Below are positions 49,491-60,792 of a stretch of DNA of 64,000 nt, piece by piece. How positions within the stretch are numbered: the stretch's first letter is position 1; the number at the start of each line of letters is the position of its first letter. The DNA comes from Mobula hypostoma. Taxonomy: Eukaryota. A program made the translations under genes and the position numbers. The stretch lies in NCBI RefSeq assembly GCF_963921235.1, contig NC_086118.1, positions 20,586,001-20,650,000 on the forward strand, in the 5' to 3' direction. The notes beneath the pieces were generated by a model. The model saw only the letters and a program-made list of their open reading frames with translations, had not been told where the DNA came from and ran no database searches.

Positions 49491-52400
49491 TAGATCCTTG
49501 AAAGTTGCTGTGAAATTTGAAAGGATGGTTAAGACACATGGTTTAGTTAGTTAGGGGCCTTTCTTTAGTTAGGGGACTGAGTTCAAGAGCTGCAAGGTAA
49601 AATTGGTTGCCTCAATTTTGGAAGGAAGTTGAAGCTTTAGAGAGGGTACAGAGGAGATTTACCAGGATGCTGCCTGAATTAGACAGCATGTCTCATGAAG
49701 GAAGGGTGAGCAAGCTAGGCCTTTTCTCTTTGGCATGAAGGAGGATGAAAGTTGACTTGATAAAGTTGTATAAAATGATATGAGACATAGATTGAAGGGG
49801 ACAGTAGCATCTTTTCCCGGGGTGCAAATAGCTAAAACAATTTTAAGGTGATTGAAGGAAAGTAATGGGTGGGTGTCAGAGGTAGTTTTTAAAAAATTTA
49901 CACACAGAAGCGGGTGCGTGGAATGTGCTACCAAGGGTGATTGTACATATGTGTTAGGGATATTTAAGAGACTCTTAGGTAGACATATGGATGAAAGAAA
50001 AATGGAGTGTTATGCGGGAGGGAAGCATTAGTTTGATTTTGGAGTCGGTTAAAAGAAAAGTTGGCACAACATTGTGGGCTGAAAGGAGTCTACGGTGCTG
50101 CACTGTTCTATGTTCTAGTACTTCATAGATATCCAGAGGGTATATACCAGTACAACCTGATGAAATGTGTCCTTAGCCACCACCATGCCTGACAACTCCA
50201 GACAACAGTAATGCCAGCTACCCACATTTCATGATGAAATTCCTGCATAATAAGGCATTTTTCTGCAATAGCATAACCACTTAGTGGGAGTCTGGCATCC
50301 TTGATTGACCATTTCCTCTGTGTGGCTCTGAATTGGGTTTTTACAACAATCTTATCAGCACATAGTCATAATTACGATAATATGGTTTCATTGTAGATTT
50401 ATATTTTCTTAGCAAATGAAATTCCCCAACTCCTCTGGTGGAATTCTAATTCCTGTCTGTTACTAATCCAGTAGCAAGTTTTACCTTTTGTTACTATTTT
50501 AATAAGGACATCAACCCTCTTAATTATATTTATAGTCTCATTTGCAATTTAACCTCTGTCATCCAAGCTACTCTTACAAAAGAAATGTCATTAATTTTTC
50601 ATGTAGTTTCTTTACCCCAATTTATTGATGTTACAGGATTATGCAGCTACTAATAAAACAATATTCATGCAGTACCAAAGTACTGGAAGCTCTAGAGCAG
50701 CAAAAAAAATTATAAATATTTATGATATCACCACGTCAATAAAAGATATAAATAGAAAAGAATGCTTGACACCCTGGTGCAAAACCCCTTATGTTGTTTA
50801 CTTCAGAGTCCATATCCAAACTGATAGCCAGAAAGCTTTCATTATAAAGTTACCCATTATAAAGTCACTCCATTTCATAAACAATTTTTCTGCCAACCCA
50901 TTTACAGACATTTCCTGAGCTCCTAATTCAGCTGGGTTTGCTCAGTTGATATCAGCCATGTGGAGCTGCAATAGAAAATACACAGTTTGGCAGTTTGCTT
51001 TCTTTCCAGTACTAGCAGCTGAGAGATCATGTCTAATGAGAACATTTAACCAAAATAGCAGCACTGAAAGTGGAAAAAAAAGCACCGAATCCAAAAACCA
51101 TTTCTTCCATTTTTTAAAAACTGAACCTTTTAAGTTGATTGGATATGCATCAACAATCTGTCATTAACTTGCCCCTGTACCTATTTTAATGCTGATAGTC
51201 AGAAGAGAAGTGGACTGATAGTTAAGTCCTTATTGATCATTACATCCATGACTGGATATTCAAGACTATTTTAGCTGTATTCAATTAGTTAGCAAACATG
51301 GCAATTTAATAATTACAAGCTTAGGATCCAAAAGATTATTACAGCAGAATGCAGCCTATTCCACCTGATGCCTGAGCTTTCTGCACTCAGCACTGAGTGC
51401 TAGCATTTCCTCTAGGTTGGCAGAATTGTGTTTCAAATATAAAGGAAAGGTAGTGTACACATCTTGTTGTCACAGAAAGGTTTCTTGTTCCTCATGGAAA
51501 GGATTCTGCTCGTTCATAATTGTACACACTGAAAGGATCATTTTCAAAGTAAACTCAACTTATGTGGAGGGCAGTAGTGGGCCAGCAGTGTATTGATGCA
51601 AAGTCCTATAATCTAGTATTTTTTTTGCTGACTTTTGGAGATAAAGAGACTTGAAGTAAATTAGTTCAGGGTGAGCTGAAGATTTAATTCATGGTTCCAG
51701 GACCACAAAATGTGTATCTGGTAATGATACTGCATAGAGCAAAAATATTTCCATTTCAGTAGCAAGTGCTCAATTCAATTTTAGATTGTTAGCATTGATA
51801 CTGTTCCTTCCTCCCTCTTTCCATGCTTAGTTTCTCTCCCTCTTCTTTCCTTTATGTCACACACCCTCTGTAGTACCTGAGCAGGCATGACCAGCTATTC
51901 CAGGAACCTTGAGAGAACAAATACTGCTTGCAGAGTTTAAGTTTATTTTACAGTAATTGGAGAGTCTCAGTTTTCTTTTGATAGCTAACTATTGTTTATT
52001 TATTGTTTCTTTCCTGGCTTTGCCCTTCATCAGTTGGAGACTGGGATAAAGAAAAATCAAGGAGGAAACAACTTAAAGTTTCTTAAACTTGGAGTTCCTT
52101 AAAATAAGGTGCTGATGCCAAAACTGAAATTCTGAGTTTCCTAGTAATTTTAGTTTAGTGTGCCCTCCAATTTACTGAGGGGTGTGTTCCTAGAAAATTG
52201 TCCACAACACAATTTTCTACATGCAAACCCATTTTCCCCACATTAAATCTCATATTACAAGTGTAGATACGTTCCCACAAGATTTCCTCTGAATAGTAAT
52301 ACAACATTGGTATACAGTCCACAGGCAACAAATCCGGATCATAACATAGACAAAGGAGTAATGTTGTTTTAATTAATTAGAAATGCACATTATATTTAAC

Positions 52401-52893
52401 AAAGTATTATTGTACAATGGCCTAGACATTTTCTAAGCCAATATGTCCTCATGCTGACAGCAGACAGTCTGTGATTGTTATCTTTGGTCAACTAGTTCAA
52501 TTCTCTCTATATTGTGTTTATTTAATTCTTTTCCCACTCAAACAAATCAGCAAGTGCAGATTTTTAATCTGTACCTCAGTTTGTTTTTTTTTGCGTTTTC
52601 TGTACAGGTGAGTGCCTATTGACTGAACTGATGTAACACAGGGGTGCGTTGTACTTATTTTGTTTGTAAAATGTTGAGAATTAAATGGAGATACATAAAG
52701 TATTCAAAAGTGACAGGCAGGTTACATTTAAAAATATCAATATTTTACTATCAATAGCAAACTTCTTATTGGGCAAATGCAGTCAAAATTGCATTTAGGA
52801 GTGCTTAAAAAAACTTAACATTAGTTTACTTAAATTTAATGATAAATAAAGCAACTTGAATGGCACCCCAGGAAATAATCACAATGACTCAAG

Positions 52894-53070
52894 GCAAACA
52901 AGAGAAAATCTGCAGATGCTAGAAACCCAAGCAACACACAAAATGCAGGTGGAACGCAACAGGCCAGGCATCATCTAAAAGAGCCCTGCTGAAGGGTTTC
53001 GGCCTGAAACAGCAACTATACTCTTTTCCTAGATGCTGCCTGGCCTGCTGATTTCCTCCAGCATTTTGTG
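52894..53070. mobile_element. Penelope-derived palindromic element with degenerate hammerhead
   Basis: caaaatgc..caggccaggca / tgcctggcctg..gcattttgtg arms; ctgctgaagggtttcggcctgaaac. Confidence 0.75.
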
Positions 53071-53373
53071 ATAACGACTAAATGTTTTGCTTTATATTGT
53101 CACTATCTGACAAGTGTACGGGAAGTAGCAATAGAAGAGAAATAACACACAGCACCACATAACTAAGGTCAAAATTTACAGCAAAAGGAAATAGTTTCTC
53201 AAGCTATCACCTTGTTCAATTGCAGAGATACAGTGGCATGCAAACGTTTGGGCACCCCAGTCAAAATTTCTGTTACTGTGAATAGTTAAGTCAGTAGAAG
53301 ATGAACTGATCTCCAAAAGTCAAAGTTAAAGATGAAATATTCTTTTCAACATTTAAAGCAATATTAGTGTATT

Positions 53374-53465
53374 GTCGAAGGGTCTCGGCCTGAAACGTCG
53401 ACTGCGCCTCTTCCTATAGATGCTGCCTGGCCTGCTGCGTTCACCAGCAACTTTGATGTATGTTG
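53374..53465 (+). mobile_element. Short Penelope pseudo-LTR fragment inserted in the Tc1 left TIR
   Basis: cgaagggtctcggcctgaaacgtcgac..caccagcaac; TSD ttagtgtatt at 53364-53373 and 53466-53475. Confidence 0.8.
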
Positions 53466-53709
53466 TTAGTGTATTATTTTTTGTTTTGTACAATTTTAGA
53501 CTGAAAAAAGGAAAGGAGCACCATGCAAAAGTTTGGGCACCTCAAGAGATTTGAGCTCTCGAATAACTTTTACCAAGGTCTCAGACCTTAATTAGCTTGT
53601 TAGTGCTATGGCTTGTTCACGGTCATCATTAGGAAAGGCCAGGTGATGCAAATTTCAAAGCTTTATAAATATCCTGACTCCTCAAACCTTGTCCTGACAA
53701 TCAGCAGCC

Positions 53710-54721
53710 ATGGGCTCCTCTGCTGCTTAGCGCTCTGAAAATTAAAATAAATGATGCCCACAAATCAGGAGAAGGCAATAAGAAGATAGCAAAGCGTTTT
53801 CAGGTAGCCGTTTCCTCAGTTCACAATGTACTTAAGAAATGGCAGTTAACAGGTACAGTGGAGGTCAAATTGAGTTCTGGAAGACCAAGAAAAGTTTCCG
53901 AGAGAACTGCTCGTAGGATTGCTAGAAAGGCAAATCAAAACCCCCATTTGACTGCAAAAGATCTTCAGGAAGATTTAGCAGACTCTGGAGTGGTGATGCA
54001 CTGTTCTACTGTGCAGCGACACCTGCACAAATATGACCTCCATGGAAGAGTCATCAGAAAACCTTTCCTGTGTCCTCACCACAAAATTCAGCATCAGAAG
54101 TTTGCAAAGGAACATCTAAACAAGCCTGATGCATTTTGGAAACAAGTCCTGTGGACTGATGACGTTAAAATAGAACTTTTTGGCCACAATGAGCAAAGGT
54201 ATGTTTGGAGAAAAAAGGGTGCAGAATTTCATGAAAAGAACACCTCTCCAACTGTTAAGCACGGGGGTGGATTGACCATGCTTTGGGCTTGTGTTGCAGC
54301 CAGTGGCACAGGGAACATTTCACTGATAGAGGGAAAAATGAATTTAATTAAATACCAGTAAATTCTGGAAGTAAACAACACACCCTCTGTAAAAAAGCTG
54401 CAGATGAAAAAAGGATGGCTTCTACAACAGGATAATGATCCTAAACACACCTCAAAATCCACAATGGACTACCTCAAGAGGCGCAAGCTGAAGGTTTTGC
54501 CATGGCCCTCACAGTCCCCTGACCTAAACATCATTGAAAATCTGCGGATAGACCTCAAAAGAGCAGTGCGTGCAAGATGGCCCAAGAATCTCACAGAACT
54601 AGAAGCCTTTTGCAAGGAAAAATGGGTGAAAATCCCCCAAAGAACTGAAAGACTCTTAGCTGGCTACAGAAAGTGTTTACAAGCTGTGATACTTGCCAAA
54701 GGGGGTGTTACTAAGTACTGA
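53710..54721 (+). pseudogene. Tc1 DD34E transposase, disrupted by an N-terminal frameshift and an internal stop at 54359-54361
   Basis: GRPRK, LWTDD, KHGGG, QQDND(34)SPDLNIIE, KGGVTKY; ORFs 53858..54361 and 54404..54721. Confidence 0.92.
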
Positions 54722-55769
54722 CCATGCAGGGTGCCCAAACTTTTGCTTTGGGCCCTTTTCCTTCTTTGATATTTTGAAACTGTAAAAGATGGAAATAAAA
54801 AAGTAATCTTGACTTAAAATATTAAAGAAATATGTCATCTTTAACTTTATGCCTTTTGGAAATCAGGTCATCTTTTACTCACTTAGCTCTTCACAGTAAC
54901 AGAAATTTTGACCGGGGTGCCCAAACTTTTGCATGCGACTGTACATTTGCAGACCCTGAAGGCACAGTAACCAAGTTTTAACTTAAACCTGGCCCTAATT
55001 GAAATATATTAGAGGCCTTCATGCATTAGGAGCAACTTATTTACAGCCTGTATGAACTGGCATTTGGGTGACTGGCAGGGTGCATTTGTTAACTCCTTGG
55101 GCTGCAGGCATTTTCTGCTGCCTGGGAACTTGATATTTGGCCGCATTTCTGACTTGCAACAGTCTGGGTTAAAAATGGTTTGTAGAAATGGAATCCCACC
55201 GTAACTAGGAGAAGACCTGTAAATTGAAATTACTTTGAAATTTGCAAAAATTTTAACTTGGGAATTTTATTGTTGAATGTAAAATGATCATCTCAATTTT
55301 CTAATTTGATATCCTCACAGAATTTCCACAGGAAATTTAAATTAAATTGTTATACTGAGTATGGAGTATTTCCATTACTTCCATGCACAAACCAAAATAC
55401 TCAAAACTAAAGTGAATTTGATAAGATTTCTGAATTACTTACTGATTACGTTGTTGAATCATATTTAAACAAATGCCAAAAATTCAAAGTAGTTCTGTAT
55501 GAGCATAAATTTTGACATTTCATTTTGTGGTATAATATCTAACAGATTTTTAAAAAGATTGCCAGGAGTTTTGAGAAAATATGATAGTCCTAAATATTTA
55601 ACAACCTTCATCACAAAACTACACATGATGTGCGAATATTTCGTTCTACACGACTTGAAATATAAATATTATTCATTGATAATTAAAAAATTAGACCTTG
55701 CAATACAAATTTTAGCAGAGATAATGACTTAAACATACAATGGTGCAATGGAGTTTGATGCTGATAGAC

Positions 55770-56198
55770 TTCCCAGGATGCGCTGGGACACATTACCATC
55801 TGATGTTTCCAGTCTTTCAACATGAGTTGCTCTCGTCCAGGCGACCCAGCCAGGGCTGATCATGTCCCGGCTTGTGTCTCAGTAGCACTGGTCCATAGGT
55901 CACGACTCTTGATCCTCAGCCAACTGGAGGCTCATTCAGCAGCCGCTGTGATGGTCCTGATGGCAATCCCCATAATGCCAAAGAGAGATTAGTTTCTGCA
56001 CAGCGAGCATCCAACAAGATCTCTACACCCCACCTCTATAGGCTCGCATCATGCTTTCCATCCCTGTCTCTGGCAGTGCTCTTGCTATCTGGCTATCTTA
56101 TGTTCAAAGACTCCTCAATTTGGTCTTCTCAAGGAACTATCAGTTCTACCATCACCACTTGCTTTGAGATTTCTGACAGAATGACCATGTCAGTTCTA
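55770..56198 (-). mobile_element. 3' fragment of a second HERO-like element (RLE domain plus 3' UTR)
   Basis: Minus strand RTDMVILSEISKQVVMVELIVP*ED..EPIEVGCR motifs. Confidence 0.7.
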
Positions 56199-56999
56199 TG
56201 ATTTTCACTTTATTAAAAGATTAAATTAACAGGCAGCATAAGAGTTCAAAGTAAAGGAGGTTGTAATAGTACAAAGATTTTCATGACACGCACAATAGTT
56301 TCTCAATTATTCACTGACTTTTACAACTGTTAATTAATTTATTAACTAAGATGATCTTTTGGCCACCAAGTTCATAGCATTCCTCCTTTCTTTTTGCGGA
56401 GACCATCCTACCATGAGTTGCTGAAAGGCACACTTAAAGTTGCAGAACAGCTCATTAACCAAAGTTTACATTGCTTACTCCAGAGTCTCTATCTATGAAT
56501 GCAAAAATTACTTGGATGAAGCAGCCAGAAACAGGCTCAAAAATAACAACTGGTTCTGAATTCTTTTAAACTCAGTTATGTAATTCCTGCATGGTTGCAT
56601 CCGTTTTGAAACGTTTGTGCTATTTTTACAATTACATTCCGGACAGCATCAACTTCCTCATGGCAAACAGCTTTTTCATTTAAACATATTTGCATCTTTC
56701 TATTAACTATGAACACACTTGGAGACGCGGGAGTCAACTTGCTCAATACAAATGTGGCCAGGTTCAATAGCTGTCAATGTTATGATGTGTCCCTGTTCAA
56801 CTTGCCTTTCTAAAGCAAAATGGGAAAACGCTGAATCCTTTCAATTATAATTCTCAATCACCTACAGTGGATTAGTTAATTTCATAGCTTTTCCATTTGA
56901 CATTGGATTGTTGGTTTTCCTCTTTAATGCTGTGGCAAACAGGTTTCCACCTGAAAGCCAGCAATAGAAATATTATGAGCCAGAGAGTTATGAGACAGG

Positions 57000-57277
57000 C
57001 ACTTTGACATATCTAGCCGGTGATGACTATTAATCTGCCTAGTTCCATCAACTTACACCTGGACCATAGGCCTCCATACTACTCCCATCCAAAATTCTCT
57101 TAAATGCGACATTGAACCCACATCCACCACTTGCACTGGCAACATGTTCCACTCTCTCACGACCCTCTGAGTGAAGATCTCTCTCATGTTCCCCTTAAAT
57201 ATTCCAGCTCTAACCCTTAACCCATAACTGCTAGCTCTAGTCTCATCCAACCTCAGTGGAAAAAGCCTGTTTACATT
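57000..57277 (-). mobile_element. CR1 3' fragment
   Basis: ORF 57053..57325 RLFP..IFTQRVVREWN. Confidence 0.75.
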
Positions 57278-57791
57278 TGAACAGCAGCCAATCAGCAACT
57301 GGGAGCGTGAGAAGATGTAGCTCACTCAGGTTTGCCAATTTAGTACAGAAGGCCTCAATTTGGCAGCTTGGCATTTGAACAGTGGCCAATCAGCGACTGG
57401 GATTGATTGTTGACAAAAAAAATAACATAGGGCAAGTGGAGTGGTCATTGTTTGAGTGGATATGTTAGAGTGGTCATTTGAGGCTCTTTAAGGCTTCAGT
57501 GAGAACAGGCTTGAGTGAGAGAAGGTGAAAAAGCTATAGGTAGATTTTCCCCCCGGTTTATTTGTTTCCTTCTTTATATTTGCAGAGTTAGAACAATAGG
57601 GATGCTAGGCAGGATAGTCGCATGCACTTACTGCAGGATGTGGGAAGGCAGGGAAACCTCAGTGTCCCTGATGACTTCACCTGCAAGAAGCGCATCCAGC
57701 TGCACTACGCATTAAGGAATTGGAGCTGGAACTGGTTGAACTCCAGATCATTTGAAGGCTGAGGGGGTGATAGATAGGACATAGAGAGGTA

Positions 57792-59050
57792 CTGTAAATT
57801 CTGGTGTATAAGCTGAGAATTTGGCCCTAAATTTTGGTACTAAAATTAGGGGGTCGGCTTATACAGAAGGTGCCAACTTTGGGAAAATGAATTCACAGAA
57901 GAGAGATCGTATTTATTGGCTGTTTTTGAGTCAAATTCGTTCCACTGTCGACGTATGAATTCTTTGAATGGTTTGTTTAAACTCACATCTAGTGGCTGGA
58001 ACACGGACATCAAACCATCGGGGATGACTGCATTGTCCGTATTTTCAGCTTTCAATGCCGTTTTTATTTCACCTGACAAGTGCGCTTTGAACATGTCCCA
58101 TACAAGTAGCGACTTTTCCTTCCCGAAACTTTCGGGATGTCAACGCCACACCTCTTTAACCCACTTCAAGCAACCTGCTTCATCCATCCAGCAGCGTTTT
58201 TGGACGTAAACAACAACACCCCGTGGGAATTTTCTGAGCAACCTTTGTTTTTTGTCTCAACGCAAGATCATGTCTATTCATAAGTCGAGTGCACCAACTT
58301 TGCGTAGCTTTAAAATTTTCGCTGACCTCACTGTGTTTTTCGTCCCATTTCAACGCTTGAACTCGAATCATTTCTCTGGTAACAATGTATCCAGACGATC
58401 GCTGGTGATTCATCCACTCTAAAACGTTTTCTTCCAGTTCTGGCCACTGGCATGTTTTCCCATGGTTTGCACATTTCGTCTTTGGCATTTCCCTCAGTGT
58501 GTCCTCTGCCTTTCTCCACTCTCTCACTTGTTTCTTGTTTACACTATACTTCTTAGCAGCTGCAGAATTATTCGTTCCTTCAGCAAAATCAACAACCTTC
58601 AGCTTGAAGCTAGCATCATATCACATTTGTTTTAATCTTTTGTACATGGTGGTCGCAAACTCACTACTGAGTACACGTACTGATCCCACCACTCCGTGTT
58701 ATGTTTTAACGAGATTACGATGGGCGCTAAATGGTTTCATGGGGGTTACATTCCAGAGGATTCTTTACCATTGGAGACCTAATCCAAAATTTCCCTCCCT
58801 GATTTATTTATTAAAAATTCGCTTATAACGCTCTACAATGTGTAGGCCTGTTTTCTTAGCAGGTACTGGTTCACAAAATTTCCAGGTTCCAGATCCGGCA
58901 AAGCTGAGTACCAGCATGTGAGATCTTGTGATCTTTTCTGGTTAAATCAAAAACCTCTACAAAAGGGGTCGGCTTTTACAAAGGTAACATGAAAAAGTCA
59001 CTTTTTTAACCTTGAAAATGGGGGGTCAGCTTATACTCCGGAATATACGG
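57792..59050 (-). mobile_element. pogo-family (POGK/Passer-like) DNA transposon, internally deleted
   Basis: TIRs CCGTATATTCCGGAGTATAAGC and CTGTAAATTCTGGTGTATAAGC with TA TSD; Brinker-like YDASFKLKVV..AAAKKYSV, CENP-B HTH WPELEE..FKATQSW; DDE end LLVWDMFKAH..QPLDVSLNKPFK. Confidence 0.9.
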
Positions 59051-60792
59051 TATTTATATCTAGGGCGTAGGATACAGGAGAATGGAAGGGGAAAGTGCTT
59101 AACTAGCCAGTACAGGGTACCCCTGAGGCCACTCCCCTCAACAACACTTTGAATACTGTTGGTGGGGGGGGGAGGGGAGAGAAGAAATAACCTAGCAGAG
59201 GTAGATCACAGCGGTCAGGTCTCTGGCACTGAGTCTAGCTCTGTAACTCAGAAGGGAAGAGGGGTAGAAGAGGCAAGTTGTGGTGATTGGGGATTTATTA
59301 GTTAGGGGAGCAAAAGGAAGGTTCTGTAGACAGAAGTGAAATTCCTGGTTGGCATGTTACCTCCAGGTGCCAGTGTCCGGGGCATTTTAGATCGAGTACT
59401 CGGCATTCATAAGTGGAGGGTGAGCAGCCAGAATTCGTGGTCCATGTAGGTATCAGTAGCATAGGTAGGAAGAGTAACAAAGTTCTGCAAAGTGAGTTCA
59501 GGGAGTTGGTGCTAAGTTAAAGGGCAGGAGCTCCAGGGTTGTGGTCTCAGCATTGCCACCCATGCCATGTGTTAGTGAGGCCAGAAGTAAGGAGATTATA
59601 CAGTTTTACATGTGGCTAAGGAGTTGGTGTAGGAGGGAGGGCATCAGAGTTTTGGATCATTGGGCTCTCTTTCAAGGAAGGTACAACCTTGACAGAAGAC
59701 ACCATTTGCACCTGCGTGATGGTGGGGTGGGGGGGGTGGAAAAGACAGAGGAGTTCAGACCATGGATCAAGACGTAGAATTATGATATTGTAGCCATTAG
59801 CGACACTTGGTTGTAAGAGGGGCAGGACTGGAAGCTCAACATTCCAAGGTTCCGTTGTTTTAGACACAATAGAGCAGGAGGGATGGGCGGGGTGGTGCCT
59901 TTACTAGTCCAGGAAAATGTCACAGTAGTGCTCAGTCAGGACAGACTGGAGAACTTGTCTAGTGAGGCTTTATGGGTAGAACTGAAGAAAAAGAAAGGTA
60001 TGATCACATTAATGGGGCTACATTATAGACCACACAACAGTCTGCAGGATTTAGAGGAATACATTTGTACAGAAATCTGAAGACTGTTGTAAGAAACATA
60101 AGAATGAAATAGTAACTGATTTTAACTTTCCACATTGACTGAGACTCCCATACTGTAAAATGACTAGATGGGATACAGTTTGTCAAATGTGTTCAGGCAA
60201 GTTTCCTTAATCAGTACAGAGGTCCGAATGAGAGAATGTGTGATATCTGATCAGCTATTATGGAATGAGACAGGGCAGGTGACAGAATTTTATGTAGGGG
60301 AATACTTTACATCTAGTTCCAAAGTAAATATGGAAAAAAGATAGGTGTGGTCTGCAGGTTAAGATTCTAAATTGGAGAAAGGCCAATTTTGATGGTATCA
60401 GAAAAGACCTGGCAAGTATGGACTGGGACAGGATGTTTTCTGGCAAAGGTGTACTTGGTAAGTCGGAGGCCTTCAAATATGACATTTTGAGAGTACAAAG
60501 CTCGTATATGCGCCTGTCAGAATAAAAGGCAAGGTTAACAGGTTTAGGGGACCTTGGTTTTCAAGAGATATTGAGACCACGGGGTTAAGAAAAAAAAACT
60601 ACATAGCAGGTATAGTTAGGCAGGAACAAATAAAGTACTTGAAGAGCATGTGAACACTTAAGAAAGACATCAGGAGGGCTAAAAGAAGGCATGAGGCTGC
60701 CCTAGCAAACAAGGTGAAGGAAACCTAAAGGATTCTACAGCATGTTAAAAGTAAAAGGATGGCAAGGAACAAAATTAGTCCTCTGGAAGATA

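Larger units (their letters stand above)
46660..50117 (+). mobile_element. Decayed CR1 ORF2 (endonuclease to 3' UTR) interrupted by two DNA transposons
   Basis: ORFs 47282..47548 (ASRIKENPKMFY) and 48489..48716 (YLDFSKAFD); tail ctgttctatgttcta ~50103-50117. Confidence 0.85.
53231..54941 (+). mobile_element. Full-length Tc1 transposon, IR/DR type, TA TSD
   Basis: TA|CAGTGGCATGCAAACGTTTGGGCACCCC ... GGGGTGCCCAAACTTTTGCATGCGACTG|TA; inner direct repeats at ~53522 and ~54730. Confidence 0.95.

Noticed and set aside
52155..52653. Possible old Tigger-like MITE (AGTGTGCCCTCC...GGGGTGCGTTGTA)
   Set aside because: TIRs too degenerate to call with confidence.
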